The notes beneath the pieces are model-generated. The model was not told where the DNA came from. It saw only the letters and a list, made by a program, of their open reading frames with translations, and did not search any database. Position numbers and translations under genes: made by a program. A DNA stretch of 64,000 bases from an uncultured Chitinophagaceae bacterium (lineage in GTDB: Bacteria > Bacteroidota > Bacteroidia > Chitinophagales > Chitinophagaceae). Each line of letters starts with the position of its first letter. Position 1 is the first letter of the stretch. This document shows positions 28,651-38,025 of this stretch, in pieces. The DNA lies in contig CAIVCF010000153.1 of the NCBI GenBank assembly GCA_903904335.1, positions 13,070 to 77,069 on the forward strand. The letters run 5' to 3'.

Positions 28651-29748
28651 ATGAAAGAAATTCTCAATTATACTTTTTTGGATAATACAGTGCAGGAGTA
28701 TCTCTATGTTTTGGGAACGATTGTATTGATGCTGCTGCTGAAAAGATTGGTATCAAGATTTTTAGCGGGTAAATTATTGGGTGTTATCATTAACAAGAAT
28801 AAATCGCATAAAAAGAATGCATTTCTAAGTCTTGTTATTAAACCGATGGAAAGATTTTTGTTGGTGTTTATTGCATACACAGCTTTGGACAGACTAACAT
28901 TTCCAGAAGTATTAAAAGTCACGCTCTATCATAAACATTTAAGCACGGATGATCTTATAAGCACCATCGGCATCATTATTCTTGTGGTTTTGTTTATCAG
29001 GTTATGTATTCGCATTGTGGAATTCATTGCACAGATATTACAAGAGAAAGCAAATCTTACAAATGATAAAACGGATAATCAGCTGATCGTTTTCTTCAAA
29101 GATTTCTTTAAAGTCATTCTTATTATCATCGGTGTTTTATTGATTCTTCGATTGGCTTTCAATAAAGACATTGGGAATCTGTTGACCGGATTAAGTATTG
29201 TTGGTGCTGCATTGGCATTGGCAACAAGAGAGAGCTTGGAAAATCTCATCGCATCATTCATCATCTTTTTTGATAAACCTTTTATTACCGGCGATCTGGT
29301 TAAGGTACAAAGTTTCACAGGCGTGATTGAAAAGATCGGATTGAGAAGTACACGTATCAGAACAGAGAGCAAGACCTATATTTCAGTTCCAAACAAACAA
29401 ATGGTTGATACCATCATTGACAATATCACGCTTCGTACAGAACGCAAGGTGGAACTGCGTTTGGAGCTTAGCTTCTCAACTACTTCAGCTCAAATCAAAG
29501 CTATAACAACAGAAGTTAAAAATTTATTGAAACAACAAGTTGATGTTACCAATTCATTCGTGTATTTACAGGATACCGGAAGAAATGCCCACATTATTGC
29601 AGTTGACTATTTTACAATTATGCCACAGCCGATCGAAGCCTTCAATGCTTTACGTGAAGAAATTAATTTAAGCGTGATCGCTTTACTTGAAAAAGATAAG
29701 ATAGAATTAGCTGCAAAGAATATGGATGTGATCTTAAGGAATAAATGA
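28651..29748 (+). CDS. mechanosensitive ion channel family protein (MscS-like)
   Basis: About 4 TM helices, then FDKPFITGDLVKV..GVIEKIGLRSTRIRT, the MscS beta-domain pattern. Confidence 0.85.
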   Translation: MKEILNYTFLDNTVQEYLYVLGTIVLMLLLKRLVSRFLAGKLLGVIINKNKSHKKNAFLSLVIKPMERFLLVFIAYTALDRLTFPEVLKVTLYHKHLSTDDLISTIGIIILVVLFIRLCIRIVEFIAQILQEKANLTNDKTDNQLIVFFKDFFKVILIIIGVLLILRLAFNKDIGNLLTGLSIVGAALALATRESLENLIASFIIFFDKPFITGDLVKVQSFTGVIEKIGLRSTRIRTESKTYISVPNKQMVDTIIDNITLRTERKVELRLELSFSTTSAQIKAITTEVKNLLKQQVDVTNSFVYLQDTGRNAHIIAVDYFTIMPQPIEAFNALREEINLSVIALLEKDKIELAAKNMDVILRNK

Positions 29749-30273
29749 TCAATTGATAGATTGAACGATCTCGGCCAAATCCTTTTCAGTTGAACCTGTT
29801 TTTCCATATTCAACCACTCTTCCGATCTCTTTACCGTCTTTCAAGACAATAAAAGTGGGCACGTTTTTTATTTTATAAATAGTATGCAGATCATTGATGG
29901 TTTGCTTTTTTCTGTCAACAGCAACAAGTGTAATATTTTTTTCAGAGTAACCGCTTTGATCCACTACACGATAAATCTTCGGTAAAATATTTTGCGTGTC
30001 TTCGCACCAAGTGCCGCCAAAAATAATTAACTTAAATTGTTTTCCTTTTTGTTTAAATGCCGCAACGGCTGTTTCATCTGCTTGCCCCCATTTCATATTT
30101 TCTTTGAACCATTTAAATGAAGTGTCATTCTCAAGGATGGAACGGTTAATGATCCCTTTCAATACTTTCGCTCGGTCATCCGGAACTATTGAATAATCAA
30201 TTTTAGAAAGTTTATTTGATGTGGAACAAGACACAAGTATCAAAGCAAATAATGCTATAAGTATTTTTTTCAT
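29749..30273 (-). CDS. thioredoxin-fold lipoprotein with monothiol CxxT motif
   Basis: Lipobox LVSCS. Thioredoxin-like FGGTWCEDTQ and a later VPTFIV cis-Pro region. Confidence 0.7.
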   Translation of the reverse strand: MKKILIALFALILVSCSTSNKLSKIDYSIVPDDRAKVLKGIINRSILENDTSFKWFKENMKWGQADETAVAAFKQKGKQFKLIIFGGTWCEDTQNILPKIYRVVDQSGYSEKNITLVAVDRKKQTINDLHTIYKIKNVPTFIVLKDGKEIGRVVEYGKTGSTEKDLAEIVQSIN

Positions 30274-30303
30274 AAATTAAAGTCTATTGAATTAATAGAT
30301 AAA

Positions 30304-30846
30304 TCAAGATACTAAATTAGCTTTTAACTCTAATAGGAACAATCTGAATTTTGTTAAAGATTCTGCGAGTTGCAAATGAAGCTCAGCCTTGTTTTTATTA
30401 GCTTTTAAATATTCCTTTGCACCTTCAATGCTGAACTTTCGGTTACGAAGCAGGTAATATATTAATTGCAGGTTCTTGATGTCTTCAGCACGGAATAATC
30501 GATCCCCTTTTCTGTTTTTGCGTGGCTGTAAAATATCAAATTCATTTTCCCAGAAACGAATTTGCGAAGTGGTTACATTAAACCATCCGGCAACTTCGCT
30601 GATGCTGTAATATAATTTTTGAGAAAGTGTTTCATCATCAGGAATATCGATCAGGTCAACGGCAGCATAAATTTCTTTGGTTGATTTTCTACCTCTCTTT
30701 TCTTCAGGATTTTTCGCAGCCAGAACTTTTTTCTTCTTATTTTTTATTTTGACTTTTATTCTATCGTCAGTAAAAAATGTTTTGCTTTTCTCCTGTTTTG
30801 GAGAAGCGTTGCCTGCTGAAAATAAATCTAATTGCTCTAATCCCAT
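30304..30846 (-). CDS. MerR family transcriptional regulator with basic N-terminal extension
   Basis: HTH YYSISEVAGWFNVTTSQIRFWENEF..RKGDRLFRAEDI. ATG at 30844-30846 is preferred over the longer track ORF, which overlaps the divergent gene. Confidence 0.8.
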   Translation of the reverse strand: MGLEQLDLFSAGNASPKQEKSKTFFTDDRIKVKIKNKKKKVLAAKNPEEKRGRKSTKEIYAAVDLIDIPDDETLSQKLYYSISEVAGWFNVTTSQIRFWENEFDILQPRKNRKGDRLFRAEDIKNLQLIYYLLRNRKFSIEGAKEYLKANKNKAELHLQLAESLTKFRLFLLELKANLVS

Positions 30847-30915
30847 ATTGTAAAAATAGCAAACAAGTTTTGCAACCGGTGATGCAGGTGGAAAAGATGT
30901 AAGTATCTTGCAAAT

Positions 30916-31764
30916 ATGAATCATTCAAACATCATCTGTGTTTGTGGGGCAGGAACCATGGGCAGCGGCATTGCGCAGGTTTGTGCACAGTCAGGATTTG
31001 TAACAATCCTGTTTGATGTGAATGAAGAAATGATCGCTAAAAGCAAAACGAAAATGCAGGAAAGCCTGCAAGCTTTGTTGTTGAAAGAAAAAATTACTAT
31101 TGCTGAAAAAGAAGAAATCATTAAGCGGGTGATTTTTACTTCAAATATCAAAGACTGCAAAGCCGATATTATTATTGAAGCAATAATCGAAGATAAAAAT
31201 GCGAAAGCCAATCTGTTCAAGCAATTGGCAGAAATCAATACTCCTCAGACTATTTTTGCAACTAATACTTCTTCTGTTTCAATCGACGAAATGGCTAAAG
31301 AAATTGATCGTCCTTCACAGCTAATAGGAATGCATTTTTTTAATCCTGCTCCCGTAATGAAACTGGTAGAAATAATCAAAACAGAAAACACGAATAGTGA
31401 TGTTGTTGATACAATTTTTTCGTTCACCAGACAATTAAATAAGACCCCCGTATTATGTAATGATTCTCCAGGTTTCATTGTAAACAGGATTGCACGCCAT
31501 TATTATTTGGAAGCAATGAAATTAATGGAGCTTGGTTTGGCTGATATTAAAACTATTGATTCTGTAATGGAAGCAAGTGGATTTAAAATGGGCCCGTTTA
31601 AATTAATGGATATGATCGGTATGGATATTAATTACAGCGTAAGCAAAATTGTTTGGGAGGCTTTGGATAAGCCTGAAAGACTTCGCCCATCTATCATTCA
31701 GCAACATAAAATTGCGGCAGGCGAGTTAGGTAAAAAAACAGGGAAAGGATTTTATCAATATTAA
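30916..31764 (+). CDS. 3-hydroxyacyl-CoA / 3-hydroxybutyryl-CoA dehydrogenase
   Basis: NAD-binding VCGAGTMGSGIAQV, then GMHFFNPAPVMKLVEI and PGFIVNR motifs. Confidence 0.88.
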   Translation: MNHSNIICVCGAGTMGSGIAQVCAQSGFVTILFDVNEEMIAKSKTKMQESLQALLLKEKITIAEKEEIIKRVIFTSNIKDCKADIIIEAIIEDKNAKANLFKQLAEINTPQTIFATNTSSVSIDEMAKEIDRPSQLIGMHFFNPAPVMKLVEIIKTENTNSDVVDTIFSFTRQLNKTPVLCNDSPGFIVNRIARHYYLEAMKLMELGLADIKTIDSVMEASGFKMGPFKLMDMIGMDINYSVSKIVWEALDKPERLRPSIIQQHKIAAGELGKKTGKGFYQY

Positions 31765-31812
31765 TCTTTCTTCACAACGCAATTCTTTATATTCATCTTT
31801 CAAATTATTTCC

Positions 31813-33597
31813 ATGAAAAAAACAATATTCTTTTCTCTGCTCATATTCGTTATTGCCGGAAGTTGCAAACTCAGTAATACCAATCAGCAGAATCAGGACA
31901 ATCAAGAATTGTCTGCATTATTTGATAAATATTACGAAGAACGCCTGCAGTTGTTTCCTTTAGAAGCCACTGCTATCGGTGATCCGCGATACAATGATAA
32001 ACTCTATGCAGATTTTACGGAAGCTTATCAGAAGAAAGAAAAAGAATTCTTTAATCGCTATCTCGTGTATGTTACAAGATTCGACAGGGAACAATTGAAT
32101 GATAACGACAAGATCAGTTATGATATTTTCAAACGCGAAATGGAAATGAATATCAAGGGGTTTAAGTTTCATACTAATTATATTCCCACCAATCAGTTTT
32201 GGGGTATGACTTTAGATTTTGGTCAATTAGGAAGCGGTGCAGGCAACCAACCTTTTAAAACAGTAAAAGATTATGATGATTGGTTGAAACGAATGGACGC
32301 ATTTTCTGTGTGGACAGACAGTGCTGTTTTGTATTTCAGGAAGGGAATTGCAACCAATTATGTTTTACCGAAATCATTGGTATATAAAATGATTCCCCAA
32401 ATGGATGCAATGATTATTGCCGATGTAACCAAAAGTTTATTTTATGAACCTATCAATAAAATGCCCAAAGAATTTTCAGATGCAGATAAAAAAAGATTAA
32501 CGGAGGCATTTGCAGTTTCCATTCAAAAAAATATAATCACATCGTATAAAACACTCGGCGATTTTTTAAAGAATGAATATTTACCAAAAGCAAGAAACAC
32601 AAGCGGAATCAGTGCATTGCCTAATGGCGTTGCCTTATATAATTACGATATTGCATTATGGACAACGACAAACAAAACTGCAGATGAAATTTATAATACA
32701 GGATTATCTGAAGTAAAACGGATTCGCGGTTTGATGGATAGTGTAAAAAACGCCGTGGGGTTTAAGGGCGACCTGAAATCTTTTTTTGAATTCATGAAAA
32801 CAGATAAACAGTTCATGCCGTATAAAACACCGGACGAAGTGTTGAATGCTTTTCACACTATTCATGCAAAGATGGAACCCAATTTAAAAAAGATGTTTGG
32901 AAGAGTTCCTAAATCGAAATTTGAAATTAGACAAACAGAAGCATTTCGTGCAGCGAGTGCAAGTGCAGAGTATAATGCGGGCTCACCAGATGGTTCACGT
33001 CCAGGTATTTTTTATGTTCCCATTTTAGACGCAACAAAATTCAACACTACCAGTGGTATGGAAAGTTTGTTTTTGCATGAAGCTATTCCCGGTCATCATT
33101 TTCAGATTTCATTACAAATGGAAAATAACAAGTTGCCTAAGTTCCGTCGCTTTTTAGGATATGGAGCTTATCAAGAAGGTTATGCGTTGTATTGCGAAAG
33201 TTTGGGAAAAGAGTTGGGTTTGTACACCGATCCGTATCAATACATGGGTGCATTGGGAGACGAAATTCACCGCGCCATTCGTTTAGTGGTTGATGTGGCC
33301 ATTCACACAAAAGGAATGACACGCGAAGAAGCTATCAAATACATGATGGACAATGAACCCATCAGCGAAGAGGGCGCTAATGCTGAGATTGAACGTTATA
33401 TGGCCATTCCCGGTCAGGCATTGAGTTATAAGATTGGCGCATTAAAAATCCGTGAACTGCGAAATAAATATCAGCAACAATTGGGTGATCATTTTAAACT
33501 CTCTGCTTTTCATGATGAGTTTTTAAAAGATGGTTGTATGCCGCTCGAGATCGTAGAAAAGAAAATGGATGCATGGGCCGATAAACAAAAGAAATAA
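31813..33597 (+). CDS. DUF885 domain-containing lipoprotein (zincin-like)
   Basis: Lipobox IAGSC. HEAIPGHHFQ motif and overall DUF885 length and pattern. Confidence 0.75.
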   Translation: MKKTIFFSLLIFVIAGSCKLSNTNQQNQDNQELSALFDKYYEERLQLFPLEATAIGDPRYNDKLYADFTEAYQKKEKEFFNRYLVYVTRFDREQLNDNDKISYDIFKREMEMNIKGFKFHTNYIPTNQFWGMTLDFGQLGSGAGNQPFKTVKDYDDWLKRMDAFSVWTDSAVLYFRKGIATNYVLPKSLVYKMIPQMDAMIIADVTKSLFYEPINKMPKEFSDADKKRLTEAFAVSIQKNIITSYKTLGDFLKNEYLPKARNTSGISALPNGVALYNYDIALWTTTNKTADEIYNTGLSEVKRIRGLMDSVKNAVGFKGDLKSFFEFMKTDKQFMPYKTPDEVLNAFHTIHAKMEPNLKKMFGRVPKSKFEIRQTEAFRAASASAEYNAGSPDGSRPGIFYVPILDATKFNTTSGMESLFLHEAIPGHHFQISLQMENNKLPKFRRFLGYGAYQEGYALYCESLGKELGLYTDPYQYMGALGDEIHRAIRLVVDVAIHTKGMTREEAIKYMMDNEPISEEGANAEIERYMAIPGQALSYKIGALKIRELRNKYQQQLGDHFKLSAFHDEFLKDGCMPLEIVEKKMDAWADKQKK

Positions 33598-33630
33598 TTT
33601 TTTGTAGTAAGCTGTAGAATAATAATTGAT

Positions 33631-33680
33631 TGAAGTTGCGCCTGCCTGCCGGCAAAGGCAGGTCGCACACTTCAACGTTC
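33631..33680 (+). repeat. hairpin-form member of the intergenic repeat family
   Basis: tgaagttgcg-cctgcct-gccggcaa-aggcagg-tcgcacacttca forms an imperfect long stem. gtcgcacactt is shared with 27281-27291. Lies 34 nt after the DUF885 stop. Confidence 0.6.
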
Positions 33681-33724
33681 AAATCTTTATTCAACTAAAA
33701 ATAATGTAACTACTTTTGAGCAGT

Positions 33725-34861
33725 ATGCGCATTGCAGTCAACACCATTTTTTTACAAAAAGATCATTTAGAAGGATACGGATATTTTGTGCAGGAAATAT
33801 TCAGGCGTATGGCAAAAAAATATCCCGAGCATGAATTCATTTTTATTTTTGACCGGCCATTCGATCTGCAATTTATTTTTTCATGCAATATCAAACCTGT
33901 CATTGTTTCACCAAAGGCCCGACAGGCACTTTCATTCAAATATTGGTACGATGTAAAACTGCCGTTGACATTGCGTTCCATCAAGCCTGATGTTGTAATT
34001 CAGCTTTATGGTTTTTGCAGTTTAACAACAAATATTCCGCAGCTACTTGTTGTTCATGATCTGGCATTCAAACATTATCCAAAACTTATTCCCAAACATC
34101 ATTTGTATTATTATCAGGCTTTCACAAAAAAATTTTTAAACAAGGCAAATAAAATTGTAACCGTTTCTGAATTTTCAAAAAATGATATTGTATCGAAATA
34201 TCAAATTCCTTCTGAAAAAATAAATGTGGTATCCAGCGCTGCAAAAAATATTTTTCAACCGATAGATTTTCTATCACAACAAAAAGCAAAAGAAAAATAT
34301 AGTGATGACAAAGAATATTTTTTATTTGTTGGCGGCATTCATCCCAGAAAAAATCTGATCACACTGCTCAAAGCATTTTCATTGTTTAAAAAATGGCAAC
34401 GCAGCAATATGAAATTATTGGTGGCAGGAAGATTGGCATGGCAATATGATTCGGTACTTGAAAAATTGAAGACCTATAAATATCGTGAGGATGTTGTTCT
34501 GTTAAATTATTTACCGGAAGAAGAATTGGTAAATATCACTGCATCGGCTTATGCGATGGTGTTTCCTTCTTTGTTTGAAGGATTTGGTGTTCCGGTTATT
34601 GAAGCCATGCAATGCGGTATTCCTGTTATAACGAGTAACACAAGCAGTTTGCCCGAGATCGGCGGCAGTGCAGCATTGTACGCCGACCCCATTGATGCAG
34701 AAGCTATTGCAAAACAAATGCTGCTATTGTATAAAGATGAATCATTGCGCAGTAAGTTGATTACAGAAGGTATTGCACAAGCAACAAAATTCAGTTGGGA
34801 TAAAACGGCTGATCTAATGTGGCAATCGATTACAGAAATTGTAGGGAATAAAAAGCTGTAA
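33725..34861 (+). CDS. glycosyltransferase family 4 (GT-B, RfaG-like)
   Basis: MRIAVNTIFL start, C-terminal FPSLFEGFGVPVIEAM (E-x7-E region). ATG at 33725 is preferred over the TTG at 33716. Confidence 0.85.
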   Translation: MRIAVNTIFLQKDHLEGYGYFVQEIFRRMAKKYPEHEFIFIFDRPFDLQFIFSCNIKPVIVSPKARQALSFKYWYDVKLPLTLRSIKPDVVIQLYGFCSLTTNIPQLLVVHDLAFKHYPKLIPKHHLYYYQAFTKKFLNKANKIVTVSEFSKNDIVSKYQIPSEKINVVSSAAKNIFQPIDFLSQQKAKEKYSDDKEYFLFVGGIHPRKNLITLLKAFSLFKKWQRSNMKLLVAGRLAWQYDSVLEKLKTYKYREDVVLLNYLPEEELVNITASAYAMVFPSLFEGFGVPVIEAMQCGIPVITSNTSSLPEIGGSAALYADPIDAEAIAKQMLLLYKDESLRSKLITEGIAQATKFSWDKTADLMWQSITEIVGNKKL

Positions 34862-34872
34862 CAGTTTCATCT

Positions 34873-34880
34873 TACATTTG
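34873..34880 (+). promoter_or_regulatory. Bacteroidota -7 promoter box (TAnnTTTG) for gldC
   Basis: TACATTTG lies 30 nt upstream of the ATG at 34911. It includes the TTG that the ORF track used as a start. Confidence 0.45.
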
Positions 34881-34910
34881 CAGTTCAACAATAATCAAAC
34901 AATAAGATAC

Positions 34911-35258
34911 ATGCATACTTCAACAATTAAAATTGATGTTCATTTAGACAAGGATAAAGTACCTCAAAAAATTAACTGGGCTGCATCAGACAGCAGCATC
35001 GAAAATATGCAGGCTGCAAAAGCCATGATGGTTGCATTTTGGGACGGCGCTGAAAAAAGTGCTTTACGCGTTGATCTGTGGACCAACGAAATGATGGTGG
35101 ATGAAATGGCCGATTTTTATTATCAGGCATTTTTGGGAATGGCGGATTCTTACGATCGTGCCACGCATGATGAAATTTTGGTGAATGAGATCAAAACGTT
35201 TGCAAAATCGTTCTATCAAAAGTTTAAAGAATTGCAAATGAAAGAAAACAAAATTTAG
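34911..35258 (+). CDS. gldC: gliding motility-associated protein GldC
   Basis: 115 aa. IKIDVHLDKDKVPQKINWAASDS..VAFWDGAEKSALRVDLWTNEMMVDEMADFYYQAFLGMADSYDRAT closely follows the GldC pattern recalled from Flavobacterium. Confidence 0.78.
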   Translation: MHTSTIKIDVHLDKDKVPQKINWAASDSSIENMQAAKAMMVAFWDGAEKSALRVDLWTNEMMVDEMADFYYQAFLGMADSYDRATHDEILVNEIKTFAKSFYQKFKELQMKENKI

Positions 35259-35285
35259 TTTAATACTTTAATTAAAATATAAGTT

Positions 35286-35738
35286 ATGAGTCTCGAAACA
35301 CAAATAATGGATCAAATGAAAGATGCCATGAAAGCCAAAGATGAAGCGGCTTTGCGTGGGTTACGTGCCGTTAAAGCGGAGATCATCAAAGCGAAAACAG
35401 AACCCGGCGCCAATGGTCAGATCAACGAAGAAGGCGAATTGAAATTATTGCAGAAATTAGTAAAGCAACGTAAAGACTCTTTAGAAATTTTTGAAAAACA
35501 AAACCGCGAAGACCTTGCTAAAAAAGAAAGAGAGGAAATAGCGATCATTGAAAAATTCCTTCCCAAACAATTCAGCGAAGCAGAATTAAAAGAAGCTGTT
35601 GCAAAGATCATAGCTGAAACAGGTGCTTCTTCTCCTGCAGATATGGGTAAAGTAATGGGCGTAGCTACGAAACAATTAGCAGGTAAAACTGATGGCAAAG
35701 CAATATCTGCTGCAGTAAAAGAGTTATTGGCTAAATGA
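35286..35738 (+). CDS. GatB/YqeY domain-containing protein
   Basis: 150 aa. MKDAMKAKDEAALRGLRAVKAEI and MGKVMGVATKQLAGKTDGK are typical of YqeY. Confidence 0.85.
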   Translation: MSLETQIMDQMKDAMKAKDEAALRGLRAVKAEIIKAKTEPGANGQINEEGELKLLQKLVKQRKDSLEIFEKQNREDLAKKEREEIAIIEKFLPKQFSEAELKEAVAKIIAETGASSPADMGKVMGVATKQLAGKTDGKAISAAVKELLAK

Positions 35739-36271
35739 TCATCGACTTATTTTTTTGCATTCTAATAATTCTCGCGGTAATCAAAGGTTACAGCAGGGGT
35801 TTTATTGTTGCGATATTTTCTTTTTTTGCAGTCATCATTGCATTGGCTGCAGCACTAAAGTTGTCAACTGTTGTGGCGGATTGGTTGCGGCACAGTACAC
35901 ATCTTGCTGCTAAATGGCTGCCTTTTATAGCTTTTCTATTAGTCATGTTTGGGTTTATTTTATTGATAAGATTGATGGCAGGCATGCTGCAAAAAACAGT
36001 TGAGTTTATGCTGATGGGATGGATCAATCGTTTGGGAGGAATAGTCTTATATGCAGCGATCTATATTACCGTATTCAGTGTGATCCTTTTTTATGCAGAT
36101 AAGATTCACTTATTGAAACAGGAAACCATTCACGAATCAAAAGTGTATGGATTTACTGAACCTTTCGGGCCAGCGATCGTTAACGGTTTTGCAGTCATCA
36201 TCCCTTTTTTTAAAGATATGTTTTTGCAGCTCGAAACTTTTTTTGAGGCGATTGGTAAAACCATAAACTGA
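35735..36271 (+). CDS. CvpA family membrane protein
   Basis: Four hydrophobic helices and an N-terminal IIDLFFCILIILAVIKGYSRGF pattern. ATGA overlap with the upstream stop. Confidence 0.75.
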   Translation: MIIDLFFCILIILAVIKGYSRGFIVAIFSFFAVIIALAAALKLSTVVADWLRHSTHLAAKWLPFIAFLLVMFGFILLIRLMAGMLQKTVEFMLMGWINRLGGIVLYAAIYITVFSVILFYADKIHLLKQETIHESKVYGFTEPFGPAIVNGFAVIIPFFKDMFLQLETFFEAIGKTIN

Positions 36272-36423
36272 GTTTTATACAGAATGGATATTTTTTGTAA
36301 AAGCAGTAATTTTATTAGGTGCATGTTACTTCTTAATTAACATCTGCTTGTAATTGGATTTTTTTAGTTGTAATTTGCCTTTATTTGTAATACTGAATTA
36401 CCTGCTTGCCTAAGAAATAGATT

Positions 36424-37203
36424 ATGGAGTATCAAATAAAACAACAAGATAAATTTAGATTCCTGGAGGAAGGAGAGGGAGAACCTTTATTATTATTACA
36501 TGGATTATTCGGTGCACTCAGCAACTTTGAATATCTCATTGAATATTTTCGTAAAACAAATAAAGTGATAGTACCCTTATTGCCTTTATTTGAACTCGAT
36601 ATTTTTCATACAACAGTTGGCGGATTGGAAAAGCATGTTCAGAAATTTATTGAATTACGGGGATATGAAAATATAAACCTTTTAGGTAATTCATTAGGCG
36701 GACATGTTGCATTGGTGCATGTATTAAAACATCCTGAAAGAATAAAATCGCTCATATTGACCGGTAGTTCCGGCTTGTTTGAAAATGGCATGGGTGACAG
36801 TTATCCTAAACGCGGTGATTACGATTATATCAAGAAAAAAACAGCACTTACTTTTTATGACCCCGAAATGGCAACAAAAGAATTGGTGGATGAAGTGTTT
36901 GAAATAACCACAAGTAGGCTAAAAGTAATTAAAGTACTTTCCTTGGCCAAAAGTGCCATCCGAAGCAATTTGGGAGAGGAATTAGGTCAGGTTAAACAGC
37001 CTACTTTATTGATATGGGGTAATAATGATACCATCACACCGCCATTTGTGGGCAGAGAATTTAACAGGCTGATACCAAACAGTGAATTATATTTTATTGA
37101 TAAATGCGGTCATGCACCGATGATGGAAGTACCACATGAGTTCAATGAAATACTGAACAGTTTTCTCACTAAATTGAGAAAGCCCGCTGCAACTGTTGCA
37201 TAG
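36424..37203 (+). CDS. alpha/beta hydrolase
   Basis: HG oxyanion motif LLLLHGLFG, nucleophile elbow GNSLGG, C-terminal GHAPMME. Confidence 0.85.
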   Translation: MEYQIKQQDKFRFLEEGEGEPLLLLHGLFGALSNFEYLIEYFRKTNKVIVPLLPLFELDIFHTTVGGLEKHVQKFIELRGYENINLLGNSLGGHVALVHVLKHPERIKSLILTGSSGLFENGMGDSYPKRGDYDYIKKKTALTFYDPEMATKELVDEVFEITTSRLKVIKVLSLAKSAIRSNLGEELGQVKQPTLLIWGNNDTITPPFVGREFNRLIPNSELYFIDKCGHAPMMEVPHEFNEILNSFLTKLRKPAATVA

Positions 37204-37237
37204 TTTTTGTTGTCTGATTCATAACAGAAAGAAAGTA

Positions 37238-37897
37238 ATGTTAGCCTCACAACTCATACAATCAAATTATCCTACAGTCAATTTATTTGATAAGGTATCG
37301 CTTGCCCTGCAATTGATGGATGAATATGAAGTGATGCATCTGCCCGTGGTGATAGAAGAAAAATATGCAGGATTGATAAGTAAAGATGACCTGCTCGATA
37401 CAGATGAAAGCAATACCATTGCTTCATTAGAATACCTGTTGATAAAAACAAGTATAAAAATCAATGAACATTTTTCAGCGGCACTGCAACAAGCATCTGA
37501 ATTTAATCTTTCCTTGGTTGCTGTTATTAATGAACAGGCAGAACTCGCAGGAGTTATTCCAACAAATCTCTTATTGAAAGCGGTCGCAAAATTCATAGGC
37601 AGTGAAGAGCCGGGCGGCATTATTGTTCTGGAAGTGGAGAGGAGAAATTATTCTTTCGGAGAAATAAGCAGATTGGTCGAAACAAATGAGGCCAGTATCA
37701 TGCAACTTAACACCACGACTGAAAACGATTCGGGTTTATTATTGGTTACTATTAAATTGAATAAAATAGAAGTCAGTGACATTGTGGCGACTTTTCAACG
37801 ATACGATTATCAGATACGCTACTATTTTGGTGAAGAACAATATGCCAATGAATTGAAAGAAAACTATAATCATCTGATTTCTTATTTGAACATTTGA
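37238..37897 (+). CDS. CBS domain-containing protein
   Basis: Tandem CBS-like repeats (HLPVVIEEKYAGLISKDDLL; LVAVINEQAELAGVIPTNLLL). ATG at 37238 avoids overlap with the upstream gene. Confidence 0.7.
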   Translation: MLASQLIQSNYPTVNLFDKVSLALQLMDEYEVMHLPVVIEEKYAGLISKDDLLDTDESNTIASLEYLLIKTSIKINEHFSAALQQASEFNLSLVAVINEQAELAGVIPTNLLLKAVAKFIGSEEPGGIIVLEVERRNYSFGEISRLVETNEASIMQLNTTTENDSGLLLVTIKLNKIEVSDIVATFQRYDYQIRYYFGEEQYANELKENYNHLISYLNI

Positions 37898-38025
37898 TAC
37901 CTATCAACCTTCAGCCGCTGCTGTAATTTTTTTCATCAAAGGAAGCTGTTAATTTTTCACAACAAATTCATGCCTGTTCAAGCAATCCCTTACATTTACT
38001 TTTACTAAATAACAGGTTTTTACTG

